A stretch of 64,000 nucleotides of DNA. It comes from the human T2T-CHM13v2.0 reference genome, Homo sapiens. The stretch lies in the NCBI RefSeq assembly GCF_009914755.1, contig NC_060943.1, one strand, 5' to 3'. Shown here piece after piece: positions 34,621 through 53,554 of the stretch. The first letter of the stretch is position 1, and each line of letters begins with the position of its first letter. The notes under the pieces are model-generated. The model searched no databases. It had not been told where the DNA came from and saw only the letters and a program-made list of their open reading frames with translations. A program made the position numbers and the translations under genes.

Positions 34621-34940
34621 GCCGTCATTTAATCCTTCATTTATAAAACATTTGATAATTGTAAGAGATACATTTACATCTTTTCATGCAAGTTACCCTT
34701 AGATTAGCACCTTATAAGAGTGATCTCATTAATTTTTTAAAAAAAGTATTTATTTATTTAAATGGACAGATATAATTGTATATATTTATGGTGTCCAACA
34801 TGATGCTTTGAAGTATATATACATTGTGGAATGGTTAAATCTAGCTAATTAATATATGCATTATCTCATGTAGCTATCATATTCGTAGTGAGATTCCTTT
34901 AAATCCACCTTTGGCATTTTTCTTTTCTTCCTCTTCTTTT

Positions 34941-35018
34941 CTTCTTCTTCTTCTTCTTCTTCTTCTTCTTCTTCTTCTTCTTCTTCTTCTTCTTCTTCTT
35001 CTTCTTCTTCTTCTTCTT
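34941..35018. repeat. (CTT/AAG)n trinucleotide repeat, about 26 pure units
   Basis: Seen directly; it forms the tail of the antisense Alu at about 35030-35268. Confidence 0.95.
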
Positions 35019-35027
35019 TCTTCTTCT

Positions 35028-35268
35028 CTTTTTTTTTTTTTGAGACAGAGTCTTGCTCTGTTGCCAGGCTGGGGTACAGTGGCACGATCTTGGCTCACTG
35101 CAACCTCCACCTCCAGGGTTCAAGCGATTCTCCTTGCTTCAGTCTCCCGAGTAGCTGGGATTACAGGCACCCACCACCACACCCGGCTAATTTTTGTATT
35201 TTTAGTGAAGATGGGGTTTCACCATGTTGGCCAGGATGGTCTCGATCTCTTGACCTCGTGATCCGGCT
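35028..35268 (-). mobile_element. 5'-truncated AluS nested in an old L1M (about 34740-35700)
   Basis: Alu consensus; flanking TGGCATTTTT repeat. Confidence 0.85.
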
Positions 35269-36439
35269 GGCATTTTTCAAGAATACAATATGTCATCATT
35301 AAATATAGTCACCTTGCTGTACAATAGATCTCTTGAATGTATTCCTCCTAACTACAATTGTGTATCCTTGGACAAACATCTCCCCACTCCTCACGCTGCA
35401 ACTGCCCCAGCCTCTGGTAACCACCATTCTACTCAATAATTCTGTGAGATCGACTTGTTTCAATTTCATATGAGTGAGATCAGATGGTATTTGTCTTTCT
35501 GTGACTGTCTTATTTCACTTAACATAATGTTCTCCAGACTCAACCATGTTGTCTCAAATGACAGAATTTCCTTCTTGTTTATGGCTGAATAGTATTCTAT
35601 TGTGTGTGTGTGTATAATACATAATGAAATTATATAATATTTTAAAATCCATTCATTCATTGATGGACACGTTGATTGATTTCACATCTTGGATTCAGGA
35701 TATTCTGGACATAATTCTGCATATGAACACTTTGTTGGATCTGTAGTTTGCTGATAACATTGACCACATATCTAAACTCAACATTTTTATTCCACCCCTC
35801 ACTCCCGACCCATTTTATGGTTTGGAGGTCACAATTTACAGCTTTTTATATTGTGTATCACTTAGCAAATTAAGAGTTACAATTTTCATTTGATGTTCTG
35901 TTAATTGCAATTGATTGCAATCCATAACTTGCTATACTATTCCGATAAATTTTATAATATTAGTAACCTGTCATATGTATACAAGATCTACATGGGGATC
36001 AAAATCAGTTATATTACATGTGTACTTTCTAATAAGCAGTTATTGTACATTCTTACTTTTTTGATGGGGCTACACACACACAGACACAGAAACATACAAA
36101 CATACACAGACACACACACACACACAGACACATAAAGTCTTGACAAATTGGAAGACCTCCATAGGAGAATGGCTCACATACAGAAAAATCTAAAAAGTAT
36201 CATAGGGTGACTGGAAGAAGAAAAGTTGGTTGTTTTTTCTGTACATATGAAGAAGTTGGTTGTTTTTCCTGCACATGTGGAGACAGTCCTGTCTGCCACT
36301 GAAAAGAATGCTGGCGTTTCTTCTTGTACATCATTTCATGCGGCCCCTACTGGGTACCCTGGATTCTCTCCTGACTCCAATCTCTTCTCAATCATACACT
36401 CAGGGTATCTGCAACAAAACTTCCACCTCAATTTCCCCC

Positions 36440-37327
36440 TCTTTTTTCAAATTTCTATATCTCTTGTATCTACAATTCTATTCTCTGTCTCCATGAGGTC
36501 AACTTCTTTAGCTCCTTCATATGAATAAGAACAAGCATTATTTTCTTTCTGTGCCTGGCTTATTTCACTTAACATAGCAGCTTCCAGTCCCATCCATGTT
36601 GCTGCAAATGTCATAATTTTATTCTTTTTTATGGCTGAATAGTATTCAATTGTGTATACGTACAGCATTTTCTTTACCTATTTGTGCACTGATGGACACT
36701 TTGGTTGATTCCATATCTGAACTATTGTGAATAGTGTTGCAATAAACATGCAAATGCAGGTATCTTTTTGATACACTGATTTCTTTTCCTATGGTTATAG
36801 ATCCAGTAGTGGGATTGCTGCATCAGATGGTAGTTCTATTTTAGTTTTTTGAGAAATCTCCATATTATTTTCCATAAAGGATCTACTAATTTACATTCTA
36901 ACCAACTGTGTATAAGAGTTCCCTTTTCTCCTTATCCTTCCCAGCAACTGTTTTTTTTTCTTTTTAATAATATCCATTCTAATTTGGGTAAGAAGAAATC
37001 TCATTGTACTTTTTTTTTTTATCGTTGTTGTTGTTGGTTTTTTTCTTGAGATGGAGTCTTGCTCTGTCTCCCAGGCTGGAGTGCCGTGATGTGATCTCAG
37101 CTCACTGCAACTCCGCCTCCTGGATTCAAGCGATTCTCCTGTCTCAGCCTCCTGAGTAGCTGGGATTACAGGTACCCACCACCATGTCAGGCTAATTTTT
37201 GTATTTTAATAGAGATGGGGTTTTGCAATGTTGGTCAGGCTGGTCTCGAACTCCTGACCTGAAGTGATCCACCTGCCTCAGCCTCCCAGTGTGCTGGGAT
37301 TACATGGGTGAACCCCTGTGCCTGGCC
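36440..37327 (-). mobile_element. L1MA fragment followed by AluS (about 37020-37327)
   Basis: Antisense L1 ORF2 end plus Alu. The conserved OR 3' flank stops here. Confidence 0.78.
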
Positions 37328-37596
37328 TCCACCTTATTTCCAACCCTACTTTGGGGATAACTTTGGGAAAGTGGGAAAATGACAAAGGAAAGAAAACTGT
37401 TGGATACTTGAGAGCAGAAAACTTTTTAAAGGAAAATCATAAACTTTATAAAGCAGTTGGAATCAAAGAAATGGAAACTCCAGGTAGATAACAGAAGGAG
37501 TAACTTCTACTTCCACAATCTCATTAATGAATCATGATTTCTATCTCTGGGAATTAGAGCTCTGAAATCACAGGCATTAATTGAAGAAGAGTCCTT

Positions 37597-38509
37597 TTAT
37601 TGCTTCCTTCTGAAGAAGCGTTTCAGAGCATCCTTTAGGTCTTTATTCCTCAGACTGTAGATAAAGGGGTTCAGCATGGGGGTGACCACAGTGTACATCA
37701 CTGAGGCTGTTGCACTTGAGGGTGAGTTGTGGGTTGCAGCAGAACTAAGGTACATTCCTAGGCTTGTACCATAAAACAAGGAGACAACTGAGAGGTGAGA
37801 TGCACAGGTGGAAAATGCCTTGTACTTCCCCTGAGCTGATGAGATTGCACATATGGAGGAAACTATCTTAGAGTAAGAGTAAAGGATTCCAGTGAGGGGA
37901 CCACCGCCCAGCAGCACAGTTGCACAATATATCATGATGTCATTAAGAAAGGTGTCAGAACAGGCAATGCAGATTATCTGATTAAGTTCACAGAAAAAGT
38001 GGGGGATTGCTATGTCTGTATAGAAGGGCAGTGGCAACACCATTAAGCTTTGTAACAGAGAATTCAGGACACTAAGAATCCAGTCTATAGAACTGAGGGT
38101 TCATGATGATTGTGTAGTACAGAGGATGACAGATGGCCACAAACCGATCATAGGCCATCACAGCTAGGAGAAGGCTGTCCAACACTGCAAATAGTAGGAA
38201 AAAGCACATCTGGGTGATGCAGCCTGCATAGGTGATGACTCTGCTCTGCGTCTGGATATTCACCAGCATCTTCGGGACAGTGGTAGACACAAAACTGATA
38301 TCTGCAAAGGACAGGTTGGAGAGGAAGAAGTACATGGGGGTGTGGAGGTGGGAGTCTGAGATTGTGGCCAGGATGATGAGCAGGTTCCCGAGCACGGTGA
38401 CCAGGTACATGGACAGGAACAGCCCAAAGAAGAAGGGCTGCAATTCTGGTTCTGCTGAAAGTCCTAGAAGAAGAAATTCTGAAATTCGTGTATCATTCCC
38501 TGGTTTCAT
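37597..38509 (-). pseudogene. OR7A8P: OR7A pseudogene with a 17-bp frameshifting deletion at the start of TM4
   Basis: 913 bp versus 930 bp in paralogs. Splits into ORFs 38072-38509 and 37597-38043, with the deletion junction at about 38081-38083. Symbol assigned from recalled gene order only. Confidence 0.85.
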
Positions 38510-39647
38510 CTTGTTGATGTGACTACCAAAAAAAGAGAAGGAGAATATGACACAAGCATGCCTTACAATCCTAACAATATAAATGTTGTCATTTATATTC
38601 TTCAGACAAGAAGTTAATTTCTTTTTCTAAAATATGTATTTATAAAATTACAGATAAAGTTGCATCTATTTATCATGTACAACATAATATGTTTAAGTAT
38701 AAGTACAAAGTGAATGGCCATTTGTAGCTAATTAAAATCTGCATTATCTCACAAAATTATCATTTTCGTGGAGAGAACACTTAACATCCACTTTTGCCAT
38801 TTTTGAAATTACAAAATATCTTCATGAACTATAGTTACCATGATGTAAAATAGACCTCTCGAATGAATTCCTTCTCATTAACTCTCATTTTCTATTCTTT
38901 GACCAACATCTTCCCAACTTTCTTTGTCCCCAACCTCCTCAGCTTCTCATAACCTTCATTTTACAAGAAGTTAATTTCTATATTTTGTGTGTGAATCTGA
39001 TTCCTGTTGGGGATCCCCTTGCATCTCTAATTTGGAGTTCCTTCTTACTCTCAGCCTTTCCCTGAGGGCATGTATTCTATAGTTTTAAGAAGAAAATTTT
39101 TCATGCACTTTAATAAAGTAAATTGAATTTTGACATATTCCAGGAATTTAGACGATGAGTGAATGGTGCCATAAAACCAAGGCCTCAACAATCTAATGAT
39201 GGAGAAATAATATAAGTAAACTTTTAAAATACCATATACTATGTCAGATGGTAACAAATCTTATGAAGAAAAAGAAAGAAGATAAGAAGAAAAGCGTGGA
39301 TGAGGCATCATTTTTACTGGGTGTTCAGGCTAGACCAGCAGACAAGGTGGCAACTGAGCAGAGACCATAATGAAGACCCGGTATGAATGTGCAGAAGTGT
39401 GTGCAAGGTGGAAGGAAGGATCAATAAAGCATACTGAGAAATGTGCTTCTTTCAGATATTCAAGGCCAACAAGGAAGCCAATGTGGCAGGAGAATGAGCA
39501 AGATGAGAGGGATGAGAGATGGTGTCAGAGGATGCTGAGGGAGGAGATGGCCTGACAGCTGCTGAAACTGGAAGGCACAAGGAGGCCCTCTGTCCAGATG
39601 TCGATGCATTTGCCCTGTATGAATTTGGTTGCAAAGGTATCCCATGA

Positions 39648-40013
<366 letters not shown>

Positions 40014-40417
40014 CGCTCCTTCTTAAAATAAAAAAGAAATGCCCTCACTTCAGTGTATATACCTCCACAACTAATGTCCTATTTCTCTTCTCGACTTAAT
40101 TGCAAAGATCCCTGGGCAAATGTTCTACTTTTACTCTTTTAATTAGGCTTCCCCCATTTCCTCTTCTAATGGGACTTCCATTTCCGTTACTACTAATTGT
40201 CAACTATTATCCTCCATTGCTGAGTTCAACATCCATTTCTTTTTAGCATCACAAATAAATACATCAATCAATTAATGACTCAAGCAAGCAAACAACCAAA
40301 GCAATCTCTCTGCTCTGGGCTTGGCTGTATTGGCTCTCAGGGGACTTCAGGTCTATATTCATGGCTCTCATTTTCCCGGAGCCTTTCCTGTAGTACCTAC
40401 TGCGCACTTGGACTCAC

Positions 40418-41230
<813 letters not shown>

Positions 41231-41468
41231 AGTTTAGTTTTCTGCTTCAATGATCTGTCTAATGCTGGCATGGGGTGTCGCTTTATGAACATACTTGCAT
41301 GTTGCCCTTTTTGCTTTATAAATGTAGATGTTTGGCTAAGTTAATCTCATGTTATACACACATTTCCAACCTGATTTTATCAGTTCATTCTTCTTTATTG
41401 TGACTTTTGGCTTTTTGTATTAGATCTCTTTCTGGAAGTTGCATCACATCACCTTTGGCTATCATTTA

Positions 41469-41813
<345 letters not shown>

Positions 41814-41987
41814 TTATCATCTGACTACAGCTCATCTTGATCTCTCATATAGCAGTATTTGCAACACTATTATCGTGTTGCCGTTTATGTCTCTTCCTCG
41901 GTCTAGAAGCAGTGGCTTTGTGAAGAATCTGGGGCTTCGATGTTGGGTAGGTATATATTTGGATAGTTAAATCTTTTTATGAATTGA

Positions 41988-42445
<458 letters not shown>

Positions 42446-42519
42446 TCATTGATTTTGAGCCTATGGGTGTTATTACATGGATCTCTTGAAGAAGGTGGGA
42501 AGAGGGGCCTTGTTTTTAT

Positions 42520-43910
<1,391 letters not shown>

Positions 43911-44974
43911 ACCATTTTGTGCTCTGTATTTAACAAAACAAAAACATCTGTTGAATAAACAGAGAGAGATGAATGAAATAGGCATGAGAGGGTAAAAGAT
44001 CTGATAGGTACAAGTGGTCAATGAGAGATCGTGATGCAGAAAGCTTCCTCATTTCTAGCAGCACCCCAAGCCTGGTTAAATACCTGTGAAGCCAAGAAAA
44101 ATTAATAATGAACAAAACATGGTCTATTTAGAGTGTCAAGACACCTTACAGATTGAATACCCCATGAGAAAAATGAGTGAAGGGAATAAGCCCAGAATTC
44201 ACCAAAGAAAACATAAAAAATGCAACAATAGTGAGTTGTTTTTTTTAACCAGATGCAATGGTAACATAGTTTTGTAAAAAATAATAAATGCAAAACTTCT
44301 GAAATCAGAAGAAAACAGGTTTGGAATGTCAGAGCTACCTTGAATCAGCTGTCTGAACTTGGAGAATCAACAAGACCATTCAAAATGTTAATATGTTTTT
44401 CTAAATAGTGAGATAGCAGCATCTATCCTCCTGAGATGGGAGATGTAATCAATCTGTGTAAGGTGCTTTACATTGTTCCTTCCTGTTAGTGAATGAATAG
44501 TTATCACCAGTGATGAAGTGAGGCTGATATTTTTCCTTCTGGCTCTCAAAAGTCTCCCTTTTTTCTCTATCACCCGGTTACCCAATTCAATGGTCCTGTT
44601 TTAGTTCCTCATGATTTCTTCCAGGCTTCTGAGGCTGGCATCTCTATATACCCATATTCTCATTGATCCAGAAAAATCTATATTTCACAGCTGATCACCT
44701 AACACTCTGGCTTAAATGCCCACCCTGTGATTCCCCATGGGAGAAAGAAGCTGAAATTCTACAGCTTCAAACACAAGGCTTGACTCTGATACCTTCACAC
44801 TGCCCTACCCCAACCCACATCAATCTTCCATAAGTTGACCAAGTTGACCTTGACTTTCAGCTTCACCAGAAGCCAGAGCTTCAATGCTCAATGTCTTCAT
44901 ACATTTATCTCCTTCTGCTTGAACGTGTTCCATAAAATAGCAGAAGATGACTAATATTAAAAAAATAGGTCTTT

Positions 44975-45380
44975 GTGTTCTCACATATACCTGGGATATA
45001 AAAAATTAAAACTCATAGAAGTATAGAGTAGAATGGACATTACCAGAGGATAGGGGTGAGGACAGGGTCGATACAAAAAGGAAAATGTTAGTCAAAGGCT
45101 ATAAAGTTTCAGCTGGACAGGAGGAATAATTTCTAGTGCTCCATTGCACAACATGGTGACTATTGTTGAGAATAATGTACTATATATTTCAAAATCGCTA
45201 AAATATTAAATTTTAAATGTTCTTTCCACAAACAAATGATAGATATGTGAGGTGATGGATAGGTTAATTAGCTCCACTTAATCATTCAACAGTGTATACA
45301 TATATCATAACATCACGTTGTACCTCATAAATATATACAGTTACTATTGGTCCATCAAAAATTAAATTTAAAACTAAATT
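44975..45380 (+). mobile_element. L1M 3' end (paralogous to about 57450-58390)
   Basis: L1M 3'UTR-like; shares its downstream flank with the 58 kb copy. Confidence 0.7.
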
Positions 45381-45590
45381 TTAAAAGATCTCATCAAAAA
45401 AGACAAAAAGGTAGCTATAAGGAAAAAGGGTTATAAAATAAGGTGGAAATACATATGATTTACTTCTACTAAAGATGCAGAAGAATTTTCTAAGTTAAGA
45501 AAAATTGGAGAGTGTGGGTTCATGATAGGACCAACTGAGAGATTTGACAAAGTTTATAAAACAAAGTTTATAAACTTTCTTTTCTTCATC

Positions 45591-45593
<3 letters not shown>

Positions 45594-45647
<54 letters not shown>
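45594..45647. repeat. (TA)n microsatellite, about 27 units
   Basis: Seen directly. Confidence 0.95.
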
Positions 45648-45651
<4 letters not shown>

Positions 45652-46428
45652 TTACACAATCCCTTGATGTACATCTATACATACATAAAAAATTAACTAT
45701 TATTCAGCAAACTTGGTGAAAAATCTCTAATTCTTCATTTGAATGAATGCAATCAAAAGAATAAAAACACTCACACTCTAGAACATAAAAGCAAAGAACC
45801 TGCAAAATCTGCAATAGAGAAAGTAAATGGCTAACAAACCAACAAATGCTGTATACTCAGCCTCAGCAGAAAGGAAATAATTGCAATTAAAAACTCTTGA
45901 GTAATCCTAATTTGACCTATGAAATAATATTTTTTCAAGTGATTATGAAAAATAATCCAGAGATGTTTCTCAACATCCTACAACTAACGGGACAGCCCAC
46001 ACTACAGAAAGTTAAGCAGTAAAAATGTTAACACTAGAGAGGTTGAAAGGCTATTCTGTCCAGAATATGTCCAACTTCAATGTGTGTATGATTCAATTAG
46101 GGATCTTGTTCAAATGTAGATTCTCATATGGGGCCTCTAGGATAGGTCCAGACATTCTACATGTGTAATGGTTTCCCCGTTGATGTTGATGCTCCCTGAC
46201 CTGTTGGGTGGTTCACTCTTTGAGGATCAAGGCTATGGTCCAGTGTTAGAGTCAGATATTAGTACTTCGAGATCTTCTCCAGCAAGAATCCTACCACACA
46301 CCTCATATTTGACTTCAGGTGGTCAGTGTTGGACTGGGCAGGTCAGCTTTTGCATAAATAAAGATTGCATGTGCCTCTTGTGTGCTTCTCTCATGAAAGA
46401 AAATGAAACCTTTAGAAATTCCATCTAC

Positions 46429-46777
<349 letters not shown>

Positions 46778-48180
46778 TTACCTTGCACAGAGCAGATGCT
46801 CAATGGATATGTCAGCTCTTCTTGACTATGTCTTTAGTTCATCAAATTACTCCTTCAATTCTTGTAGGAAGTCTTATACGAACTCCTTTAATTCTTCATA
46901 GAACACTTACTTTATTGCAAGTTTATAGCACATCATTCATTAACATTTAATGTGGACATAAGTATGAAATTCTTGCAAGTCTGTTTCTCATGCCAGTAAA
47001 TTTAATTTTTACTTATTTATTAACTCCCCTATTGTCTTTGGGAATATTGTGTTTCTCCACCTTTGGCTCGGGGCTTTGCTAATACCTCAATTGGGAGGCA
47101 TGTATATCCCTACAGTGGTTGATGTGTAGCATAGATATGTGATGTGCTTTGTCTGAAAGAATGTGCGCATTCATGAGAAGTCCAATGTCTATGAAGAAGT
47201 TGTAAGAGGCCTTGTGAGTTTCCACCACTTCTCTTGATCTTCCTCTGTCAAACTGTCCTTCCTATTCAAGATTCAAAAACTAACTAGATTTGGATAGTCG
47301 CATGGACGGAATATTTTGTCCTCTTCAAAATCCCTATGTCCTAATCCCAATGAAAAACTTTCCCAACATAAACTGCTATGTGATAAAAAAGCAGGACATT
47401 AAACCATTGACTAATGGGATGGCTTATTATGCAGCAGTAGCTTACTGATACAATAAACAGTGCAAACAGATCTAAAGACATTCAAAATATTCTAATGCTT
47501 CTTAGTTTTTAACATTGGTTCTTATATTTGAGGCAGCATTAATGATTACCTGGATATTGATGCTTATGTCAGATAATTGTATTAAAACAAGAGTATTGTT
47601 TCCTTTTTTTCTAGGCAGCCAGGAAAGCTTGCAAGGACATATATGTTTTTGAAGGAATGAATTGTGACCTTGGTTCACACAAGTTTCTATTCCCAGAGGC
47701 AATAATAGGCAGAAATCCAAGTTCATGTGTGTGTATTCCTTTGATCGTGAGAGTTGAAGAGAGTTCAGAGTATAAAATATATAAAGCAACTGCTGATAAA
47801 TGAAGCACACATATTGTTCACTTATCTGCACTTTAATGTTTATGACACAATTTTTAAAGGGGAAGATATTTGTTAGTACAATGGAAGGAGTCGTATTTAT
47901 AGGTAGCACTGGAAAATTTTAAGTAAAATGAGGAAGCTAATACAATAAAATTATATGGACTATGACACCAAATCTCTCAGATGCACAGACTTCATTACAC
48001 ATGGACACTAAGCTTGTATGCTTCAAATGTTCCACAGTAATTCCATATGTGACTGAAAGTTTTATTCTGTCATATTGAAGGTAATTGCTGAGTCTTAAGG
48101 CCAGATGAAGTCAATTTATGTATGCTCACTTGTCTTTCTGTTTAGTTTACACTTGGAACATGTATTTTATAAGCAATTTT

Positions 48181-48476
<296 letters not shown>

Positions 48477-49058
48477 ATAAGCAATTTTTGTCCTCCTTCT
48501 TTTTACCAGGGAATATAGAGGGCACTGTAGACACCAAGCAGAATAGAAGACAGGATCCTAAGGAAGAGAATAAAATTCCAGGAGTAGCTATAAAACACAC
48601 TAGTATATTAAAATTTACATTGTGAGGAGGACCAGTTAAGGCAGTGACAGAGAAAGAAATAACAAATGGAAAAATGAAAACCTGTGGTCTCAGCTAGGCA
48701 TCCACAGTAAAATTATATTAATGACCTTAGAGTGGCCATTCTTAATTATTTGGGCTAACACAACTCATTACTGCATGAGACGGATAGGAATCTCCACCTT
48801 GTTTCTGACCCTAGTCTGGGAATAACTTTGCAAAAGTTGGAAAATGACAAAGGACAAAAAAACTGTTGGCTGTTTGAGAGCTGAAAGCTTTTAAAGAAAA
48901 GGCATACATTTTACAAAGCAGTTAAGATCATACAAATCCCAAAAAATTAACAGAAGGAACCACTTCTGTTTTCACAATCTGACTAATAAATCACAATGTT
49001 TGGGTCTGGGGCTTACAGCTCTGGAATCACAGACCCTTCTTGAAAAATGGCTCTTTTA

Positions 49059-49364
49059 AAAAAAATTTTTTTTTTTAAAATTTTGAGACAGAGTCTCACT
49101 CTGTCTCCCAGGCTGGAGTGCAGTGGCATGATCTCAGCTCACTGCAACCTTGCCTCATGGGTTCAAGCGATTCTCCTGCCTCAACCTCCTGAGTGGCTGG
49201 GACTACAGGCGCATGCCACTACGCCCAGCTAATTTTTGTATTTTTAGTAGAGATGGGGGTTTCACCATGTTGGCCAGGCTGGTCTTGAACTCCTGACCTC
49301 ATGATCTGCCCACCTCTGCCTCCCAAAGTGCTGGGATTACAGGCTTGAGCCACTGTGCCCAGCC
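49059..49364 (-). mobile_element. AluS immediately 3' of the OR7A2P stop codon
   Basis: TSD GAAAAATGGCTCTTTTA at 49042-49058 and 49365-49381. Confidence 0.92.
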
Positions 49365-49378
49365 GAAAAATGGCTCTT

Positions 49379-50308
49379 TTATTGTTTCCCTCTGAAGAAT
49401 TGTGTCAGAGCCCCCTTTATGTCTTTATTCCTCAGACTGTAAATGAAGGGGTTGAGCATGGGGGTGACCACAGTGTACATCACCGAGGCGACAGCAGTTG
49501 AGTGTAAGTTTTGGGTCATAGTAGAGCTAAGGTACACCCCTAGCCCCGTACCATAAAATATGGAGACAACTGAGAGGTGAGATGCACAGGTGGAAAGTGC
49601 CTTGTACTTCCCCTGAGTTGACGAGATTGCACGTATGGAGGAAACTATCCTACAGTAAGAATAAAGGATCCCAACGAGAGGACCACCGTCCAGCAGCACA
49701 GCTGCAAAATACATCACCATGTTGTTCACAAAGGTGTCAGAACAGGCAAGGTGGATCATCTCATTAAGTTCACAGAAAAAGTGAGGGATTTCCAAGTCTG
49801 TGCAGAAGGACAACTGCAATATCACTAAGCTTTGTAACATGGAGTTTAGGACACTCATGATCCAGGACACCAGAACCAGCAGTCCACAGAGCTGAGGGCT
49901 CATGATGACCGTGTAGTGCAGGGGGTGACAGATGGCCACAAACTGGTCATAGGCCATCACGGTCAGGAGTAAGCTGTCCAACACTATAAAGAGTACAAAA
50001 AAGCACATCTGGGTGATGCAACCTGCATAGGTAATGACTTTGCTCTGTGTCTGGATGTTCACCAACATCTTTGGGACCATGGTGGAGGCAAAACAGATAT
50101 CTACGAAGGACAGGTTGGAGAGAAAGAAGTACATGGGGGTGTGGAGGCGGGAGTCTGAGATTGCGGCCAGGATGATGAGCAGGTTCCCGAGCACAGTGAC
50201 CAGGTACATGGACAGGAACAGCCCAAAGAGGAAGGGCTGCAATTCTTGTTTTTCTGAAAATCCTAGAAGAAGAAATTCTGAAATTTGTGTCTCATTCCCT
50301 GCTTTCAC
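49379..50308 (-). pseudogene. OR7A2P: OR7A coding exon with an open 309-codon frame but start ATG->GTG; candidate split-exon gene
   Basis: No stops or frameshifts. GTG at 50306-50308 aligns to the paralog ATGs. Motif changes MAYDQF and [15 protein letters not shown]-terminus recalled as OR7A2P. Confidence 0.85.
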
Positions 50309-50440
50309 CTGGTTGATGTTTCTACCAAAAACAAACAAACAAACAAAAAAACACACAAGAAAGAACAGAACATGAGAAAAACATGCATTACAAACTTACC
50401 AGAAATGCTGTCATACATATTCTACAGTGAAGAAGCTACG

Positions 50441-50751
<311 letters not shown>

Positions 50752-51536
50752 TAAGGTTATGGTTTCATATTATATAATGATATAAGGATTCCAATATTTA
50801 TGAGAAAGGTGGTCTTTAGTCAGATGATAAATAATGATCACCAAATGATGGTCAAAGGTAATGCAACTTCTAAGAAGAGATCTGATACAAAAAGCCAAAA
50901 AGCACAATAAAAAATAAGAGAGAAAACAAGTTGGAAATGCATGCATAAAAGGCAATTTATTTGTCCAAATGTTGCAGAAGAACTTTCTACATTTATGTAG
51001 CAATGAGGGGAGCACACTATGATCAATGGATTTGGCTACACAATACTTCTAAGCTTTCACACATTTCCCTCAAATACATTGAAAGTTACATAACAGTAAT
51101 AAAAGACATATGCCAAAACTGATGAAGAACTCCAAGTCTTATATTTTGATAAATGAAATAAAACAGGATTAAAAATATTACAAACCCATTTTACAAAAGG
51201 AAAGTTCATGTACAGTTTGCAATAGCTGTAAATGTCTAACAAATACACAGATATATTTAGCTTCACTAGTAAAAAAAAGTGGCAAAGTTTGTTAGTATTT
51301 CACTTTTTCACCCATTAAATAAGTTTTTGATTTCATTTGAATACTTAGCATGAGAGAAGATATTACAAAATGTATACCTCATGACTGCTGTTGTCAGGTA
51401 GTATTTGAAAGGAATTCATTGGTCTGGATCTTTCTCACCAATATGGAAAGACAGTCAAATATGCCCCTTCTTAAAAACAAACAAACGAACAGACAAACAA
51501 ATCCCTCTCTTCAGTGTATATCTCTCCACAGGTAAT

Positions 51537-52397
<861 letters not shown>

Positions 52398-52748
52398 GTA
52401 GTACCCTATTTTTCATCTTCACTTAATTGTAAAGATCCTTGGGCACGGATGCTACTTTTACTGGAGCCACTTTAATCATCTCATTTCCTCTTCTAATTGG
52501 GCTTCTATTACTATTACTTCATTGTCAACAATCATCCTCCAATGCTGAATTCAATGTTCATGTCTCTTTTTAGTATCCTAAGTAAATACCTGAATCAATT
52601 AATTAGTCAGGCAAGTTAGCAAACAACCACAACAATCTCTCCACTCTAGCACTGGTTGGTTTGGCTCTCAGGTAGCCTTAGGTTCACGTTCACAGCTCCC
52701 ATTCTCCCTGACCCTTTCCCGCAGTACCTACTGGACTCTTTGACTTAC

Positions 52749-53290
52749 CTTGACTGGTTTTCTGAAAGAAAAGCCTCCATGTGGAAGTGTGAATTCCTCC
52801 CTGAATGGTTGTTGGTGGAGATGGAAGCTCTGTCCCGAGACAAGACAGTAGGAGAAAGGAAAGCATCGGTGCCCAAGCCAGCAGATTTAGACTCCAAAAA
52901 ACACAAGCATGTCCCATCCAGCCCAAGGTTGCATATGCTAAGTGACAACAGCCAAGGGGGTACTTACAGATTTGCACATTAGGTGCATTTCCTCTTGTTA
53001 TTCCAACCCTGAGCAGATCATTTTCCTTTGGGATTTTACCTTGCTCTGAATTGATTTTTTCCCTGCATTCTCTATTCCCAAGACACCATATTAAGCCTGC
53101 AGTGAATCCAGTCTTTATTATTCCTTCTCCATGGACTTGTTTGCCTTCCAGAGTTCTAACCTCCTAACGCCTTACTCTATTCCTCATTCCCGAGGGAAGG
53201 TTTTCTCCTAAGTCTAAACTAAGGAACTTGTCTTAACTATGTTCCTTGCATCTCCAAGGTATTCACTTGTGATGGGAACACAGCCCTTGA
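52749..53290 (-). promoter_or_regulatory. Putative upstream exon and promoter of OR7A2P (consensus donor AAG|GTAAGT after 52749)
   Basis: Paralogous module with in-frame ATG at 52780 and an exact EBF consensus TCCCGAGGGA at 53188-53197. Confidence 0.72.
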
Positions 53291-53554
53291 TATCTCCAGA
53301 ATTATCGCTATTTTCCTCTTTAACAAGGGGGTGAACTCTGTTCTGATATAAAACCGTGAGTCCTACATTTCTTGAAATCATGATGCTTTTGCCAAAACAA
53401 TGAGAAATTTTGTACTTCTTAAAAAGGTTAAGAGCTGTCATTTAATTCTTCATGTATAAAACATCTGGTTACTCTTAAGAGATATATTTGGCTCTTTTCA
53501 TGCAAGTTGCCCTGAGAATAGCACCTTCTAAAGATTATTTAATTTAATTTTTCA

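Noticed and set aside
34861-35261. Poly-E, poly-K, poly-R and poly-L ORFs
   Set aside because: They are translations of the (CTT)n repeat and the adjacent Alu.
50309-50356. 325-aa ORF starting [11 protein letters not shown] at 50356
   Set aside because: It starts at a GTG within the intronic (TTTG)n tract upstream of the conserved acceptor, so it is not a credible start.
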